This document shows, piece after piece, positions 55,080 to 64,000 of a stretch of DNA of 64,000 bases. The DNA comes from the human T2T-CHM13v2.0 reference genome, Homo sapiens. The stretch is from positions 8,640,001 through 8,704,000 of the forward strand of contig CP068257.2 of the NCBI GenBank assembly GCA_009914755.4, written 5' to 3'. A program made the position numbers and the translations under genes. How positions within the stretch are numbered: the stretch's first letter is position 1; the number at the start of each line of letters is the position of its first letter. The notes beneath the pieces were generated by a model. That model saw only the letters and a program-made list of their open reading frames with translations. It searched no databases and had not been told where the DNA came from.

Positions 55080-57790
55080 ATAAGAGGGCAGAAGAGAAGC
55101 CTACATTCTCATCCACCACACAAAAACACCAAATTTTCACAATTCACTACATTCAAGAAGCACTGTCAAAGGGACTAAAAATTGGGTGAGCTATCACAGT
55201 GCCTGGTATTAACTTCATATCATTGAAACAGACATTGGAGAAGATAAACAAATAAAAGACGGTCTAGAAGCAAGGATGCCACCTCTTTTTCAACCACCAG
55301 TAGTGGCTACATCGTGCAGAGATAGTATGTTTGTGAGAGGGAGAGCATAGTTTGTGAGGCTTTGCAATAAACTCAGTACTACCCTGTCACAGTGAAAAGC
55401 AGAACCAGACTGTACTCAGCTGACATCTCCCAATGGGGGGAGCACTTGTATTGGCCTTACAAAGAGGAATACCTCCCATCCCAGTATTGGGAGCTTCAGT
55501 TTTTACAAGTCTTGCCGTGATGTGTTGACGTGCTATTGGACTCTAAGAGAACTTAAGGGGCAGTCTAGGCCACAAGGACTTCAATTATTAGGCAAGTCAT
55601 ATTCCGAGCTGGGCTCAGAGCCAGTTGAATGTGGAGGGTGGGGAGAATGAGGTCTACTGAGACAGCAACCAGAGAAGCTAAGGGAGTGCTCACAACACCA
55701 CTAACCCACTCCCACCTAGCAGCAGCCACACAACACAGAGAAACCTGTGAATTTGGGAGAGGGAGCGCACAGTGATTAGAGGAACCAGAATAAAAAACAG
55801 TGACAACCAGGTAATACACCATGGGCATTGGGCTCTGAGAAGCGCTAACTTCAGGGGTGACCCAGTACATTTCCAGCTGTGGTAGCTGTGGTGAAAGACT
55901 TCTGTTTGAGAAAAGCAGGGGGGAAAGTAAAGGGACCTCTGCGTTGCACATGATATGCCAGCTCAACCGCAGTGGGGTAGAGCACCAAGCGGATTCTTAG
56001 AGTCCCTGAGTCCAGGCCTAGGGTCTTCTTGGTCAGCATTTCTGCACTTGCCCTGGGCCAAAGGTCGAGTCCCAGGCATTGCAGAATTTATCTCAAGATA
56101 ATTAAAGAGTCCTTGGGCTTTAAGTGAGAAAGTGATGATGATTTGGTGGAAACCCCCCATGGGCCAGTAGTGTTGGCAGTCATAGAAGAGGCTCTTCTGC
56201 CTGAAGACAGGGGAAGGAAGAGTAGAAAATACTTTGTCTTATTCCCTAAGTGCAAGGTTAGCTACAATAAAATAGAAGAGCAGGTAAATTTTGAAGATCC
56301 TATGCTTTAATCTGTGGCTCCCAGGTAGCATCTGTGGACCCACTCATGGCTAGGGGAACTTGCCACCCTATAGGCAGAGACACAATCCTGGCTGACTTTG
56401 CCATCTATTAATCACAGAGTCCTAGGGCTTTGAATAAACTTATATGGTAGCCAAGTAGTGGTTGCAGTGGGCCTTGCGTGAGACCAAGTTCTGTGCCTAC
56501 TTCAGGTGTGAACCAGCACAGTCTCAGTGGTGGTGGCCACAGGAGTGCTTATGTTACCCAAACCCCAGCTCCACATGTCTCAGCACAGAAAGAGAGACTG
56601 CTGATTTGAGATAAAGTAAGGAAAGAGAACATGAGTCTCTACTTGATAAATCAAGAGAATTTTTCTTGATATTAATCCAAGGCCACCAAGGCAGTACCTC
56701 TACGTGTTTGCATAAACTACAGTGCTATTGGGTTTGGGACCCAAGTTTCTTTGAATACCTGGAAAGTGTTCCCAAAATTAATGGGCACTAACAAGCCCAG
56801 ACTGTGAAGACTACAATAAAGACTGAACTCTTCAATGCCCAGATACAGATGAACATCTACATGTATCAAGGCCATCCAGGAAAACATGACCTCACCAAAC
56901 AAGCTAAATAAACTGCCAGGGAAAAATCCTGGAAAAACAGAGATATGTGACTTTTCATACAGGAAATCCAAAATAGCAGGTTGAGGTAATTCAAAGAAAT
57001 GTACAATATAACACAGAGAAGGAATTCAAAATTATATCAGATAAATTTTAACAATGAGATTGAAATAAAAAGAATAAAGCAGAAATTCTGAAGTTAAAAT
57101 GCTATTGTCATACTGAAGAATAGATCAGAATTACTTAAAAGAATTGACCAAGGAGAAGACAGATTTAGTGAACTTGAATTCAGACTATTTAAAAATACAA
57201 AGTCAGAGGAGACAAAAAAGAATAAAAAATAAAGAATGCCTATAGAATTTAAAAAATAGCCTCAACATAGCAAATCTAAGAGTTATTGGCCTTAAATAGG
57301 AGGTAGAAAAAGAGATGAGTTGAATATTTATTTAAATAAATAATATTAAATAATATTGAACAATTCCTCAAATTTGATATCAACATTCGAGTAACAAAAA
57401 GTTACAGAACAGAAAGCAGATTTAACCCAAAGAAGACCACCTCAAGGCACCTAACTGAACTCCCAAATGTTAAGGATAAAGAAATGATTCTAAAAGCATC
57501 GAGAGAAGAGAAACAAATAACATTCAGTGGAACTCCAATACATCTGACAGCAGAATTTTCAGGGAAAAATTTACAGGCTGGGAGACTGGCATGACATATT
57601 TAAAAAGCTGAAGAAAAAAAAAAGACTTTTACTTTAGAATAATGTATCTGGCAAAAAAGTCTCTTAAACTTGACAGAAAAATAAGAACTTTTTCCGACAA
57701 AGAAAAACTGAGGGATTTCATTAACACCAGACCTGTCCTACAAGAAATGCTAAAGGGATATCTTAACCTAAAAGAAAAAAAGTGAGCAAG
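55080..57790 (+). mobile_element. old L1 (L1PB/L1MA-like) 5' part: presumed 5'UTR, then ORF1 (about 56900-57785)
   Basis: Frameshifted ORF1 peptides: ..ISDKF..KNKAEILKLK.., ..NPKKTTSRHL.., ..MILKASREEKQITFSGTPIHLTAEFS.., ..KNFFRQRKTEGFH..TRPVLQEMLKGYLNLKEKK, then a stop. The 5'UTR assignment for 55080-56800 is less certain. Confidence 0.5.
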
Positions 57791-57904
57791 AAGAAATCAT
57801 CTGAAGGTACAGGACTCACTAGCAATAGCACAAGGAAAAACACAGAATATTATAATATGGCAATTATGGGGTGCAAAAATCTCAAATACAAAGAGTAAAC
57901 ATAT

Positions 57905-62527
<4,623 letters not shown>

Positions 62528-64000
62528 TCTCTGTTTTGCTTGTTTCTTTGTTTATGCAATCAGTGTTAAATTGTCCAGTCTAAAATCATGTATTATATTA
62601 TTTTCAAGCCTCATGGTAATTTCAAATCAAAAAGTGTACCACAGATATACAAAAAGTAAAAAGCAAGAAATTAGATTATAATTCAAGAGAAATCACCTTC
62701 ACTAAAAGGAAGACAGAAAGAAAGGAAAGAAGGAAGAGAGGAAAAAAATCAATCAGAAACAAAAAATAGCAGAAGTAAGTGCTTATGACTGATAACATTG
62801 AATTTAAATGAACTAAATACTCCAGTCAAAAGAAAAATAGTGGATGAGTGGATAGAGAAGCAGAACAATAATCTGTGACCTACAAAAAAACACACTTTAC
62901 CTATAAAGATACATTTAGACTGAAAATAAAAGGATGGAAAAAGTTATTCCATGCCAATAGAGAATAAAAAAAGTAGAAATAGCCATACTTATACCAGACA
63001 AAAATAGATTTCAACAAAAGACTATAGGAAGAAATTAAAAGGTCATTATATGATAATAAAGAGATCAATTCATCAAGAGGATATAATAATTGAAAATATA
63101 TATGCACCCAACACTAAAACACCTAGATAAATGAAGCAAATATTATAAGAGCTAAAGAAAGAGACCTCAATACAATAATGGCTGGACACTTCAACACCCC
63201 ACTTTAGTCATTGGATAGATCTTCCAGACAGAAAATAAATAAAGAAACATCAGACCTAATCTGTACTATAGAACAAATGAAACTAATAGATATTTACAGA
63301 AAATTTCATCCAACAGCTGCAGAATACACATTCTTCTCCTCAGCACATGGGTTATTTTCAAGGATAGACCATACGTTAAGTAACAAGTCTAAAAACATTC
63401 CAAAAAATTGAAGTAATATCAAGCATTTTCTCTGACTACAGGGGATAAAACTAGAAATCAATTAAAAAGGAATTTAAGAAACTATACAAACACATGGACA
63501 TTAAACAATATGCTCCTGAATGATTAGTAGGTCGATAAAAAAGTTAAGAAGTAAATAGAAAAATTTCTTGAAACAAATGATAAAGGAAACATAGCATAGA
63601 AAAACCTATGGAATATAGTAAAGGAGGTACTATTATACAAGGAAAATTTATGTCTGTAAGTGCCTACATAAAAAACAGAAAAGTTTCAAATAAATAACCT
63701 AACAATACATCTTTTTTTTCATAATAAAATCAGTGCTTTATGTCACAAAGTTTTGAGACAGTTTGTTACATGGAAATAGCCAGAAAACAGCCCTACACTA
63801 TGATTGGCACGGGGCCCACCCACTGTTCTCCAGTCCCCATGGCTTCTCCACTGCCCTGAAATGCCATAAGAAATTCATTCGGAGCCTGAATAAAATGGAA
63901 TCAAACATTTTCCTACAGGCTATTTTTTTTCAATAACTTCCTCCCAAGATAACCCAAGGATTCAAAATGGTTTGCAGAGCCTCACCATTGTCCTCACTTG
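62528..64000 (+). mobile_element. continuation of the old L1 interrupted by the L1PA: inter-ORF region and ORF2 N-terminal part; runs to window end
   Basis: ..ITLNLNELNTPVKRKIVDEWIEKQN.., ..IENIYAPN.., and the 63211-63411 ORF MDRSSRQKINKETSDLICTIEQMKLIDIYRKFHPTAAEYTFFSSAHGLFSRIDHTLSNK (ORF2 endonuclease domain, older-family wording). Confidence 0.7.

Overview
This window reads as human, or closely related catarrhine primate, nuclear DNA. It is AT-rich, interspersed-repeat-dense intergenic or intronic sequence. It is not a prokaryotic locus, so operons, CRISPR arrays, terminators and similar features do not apply, and I found none. Recognisable by eye: about 14 Alu elements or monomers, including an AluY-like copy; at least 10 L1 insertions of different ages, two of them young L1PA elements; ERVL-MaLR type LTR fragments; a Tigger1 DNA transposon carrying a nested Alu; a MADE1 mariner MITE; a tRNA-Arg-derived fragment; a ~620 bp GGAA-rich microsatellite; a 75-bp-unit minisatellite; and a 1.5 kb GT-rich minisatellite. 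Against this background sits a 5.7 kb CpG-dense block (37260-42934), bounded by Tigger1 on one side and an old L1 on the other. It holds a CpG-island-like segment and a tandem duplication of a ~1.0-1.3 kb GC-rich unit, whose two copies differ by two insertions. I could not support any conserved protein-coding gene. The long ORFs in the supplied track are almost all translations of simple repeats, GC-rich non-coding DNA, or decayed L1 and Tigger ORFs. The best candidates for follow-up are structural: two L1 twin-priming inversions, one with a clean 18-bp target-site duplication; a 3'-truncated, TSD-less young L1 nested in an old L1; a triplicated Tigger1 terminus; the GC-rich tandem duplicon; and one weak candidate first exon inside the CpG island. 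I found nothing resembling a novel multi-gene system. All coordinates are from manual reading and may be off by a few bases. Repeat subfamily names are approximate.
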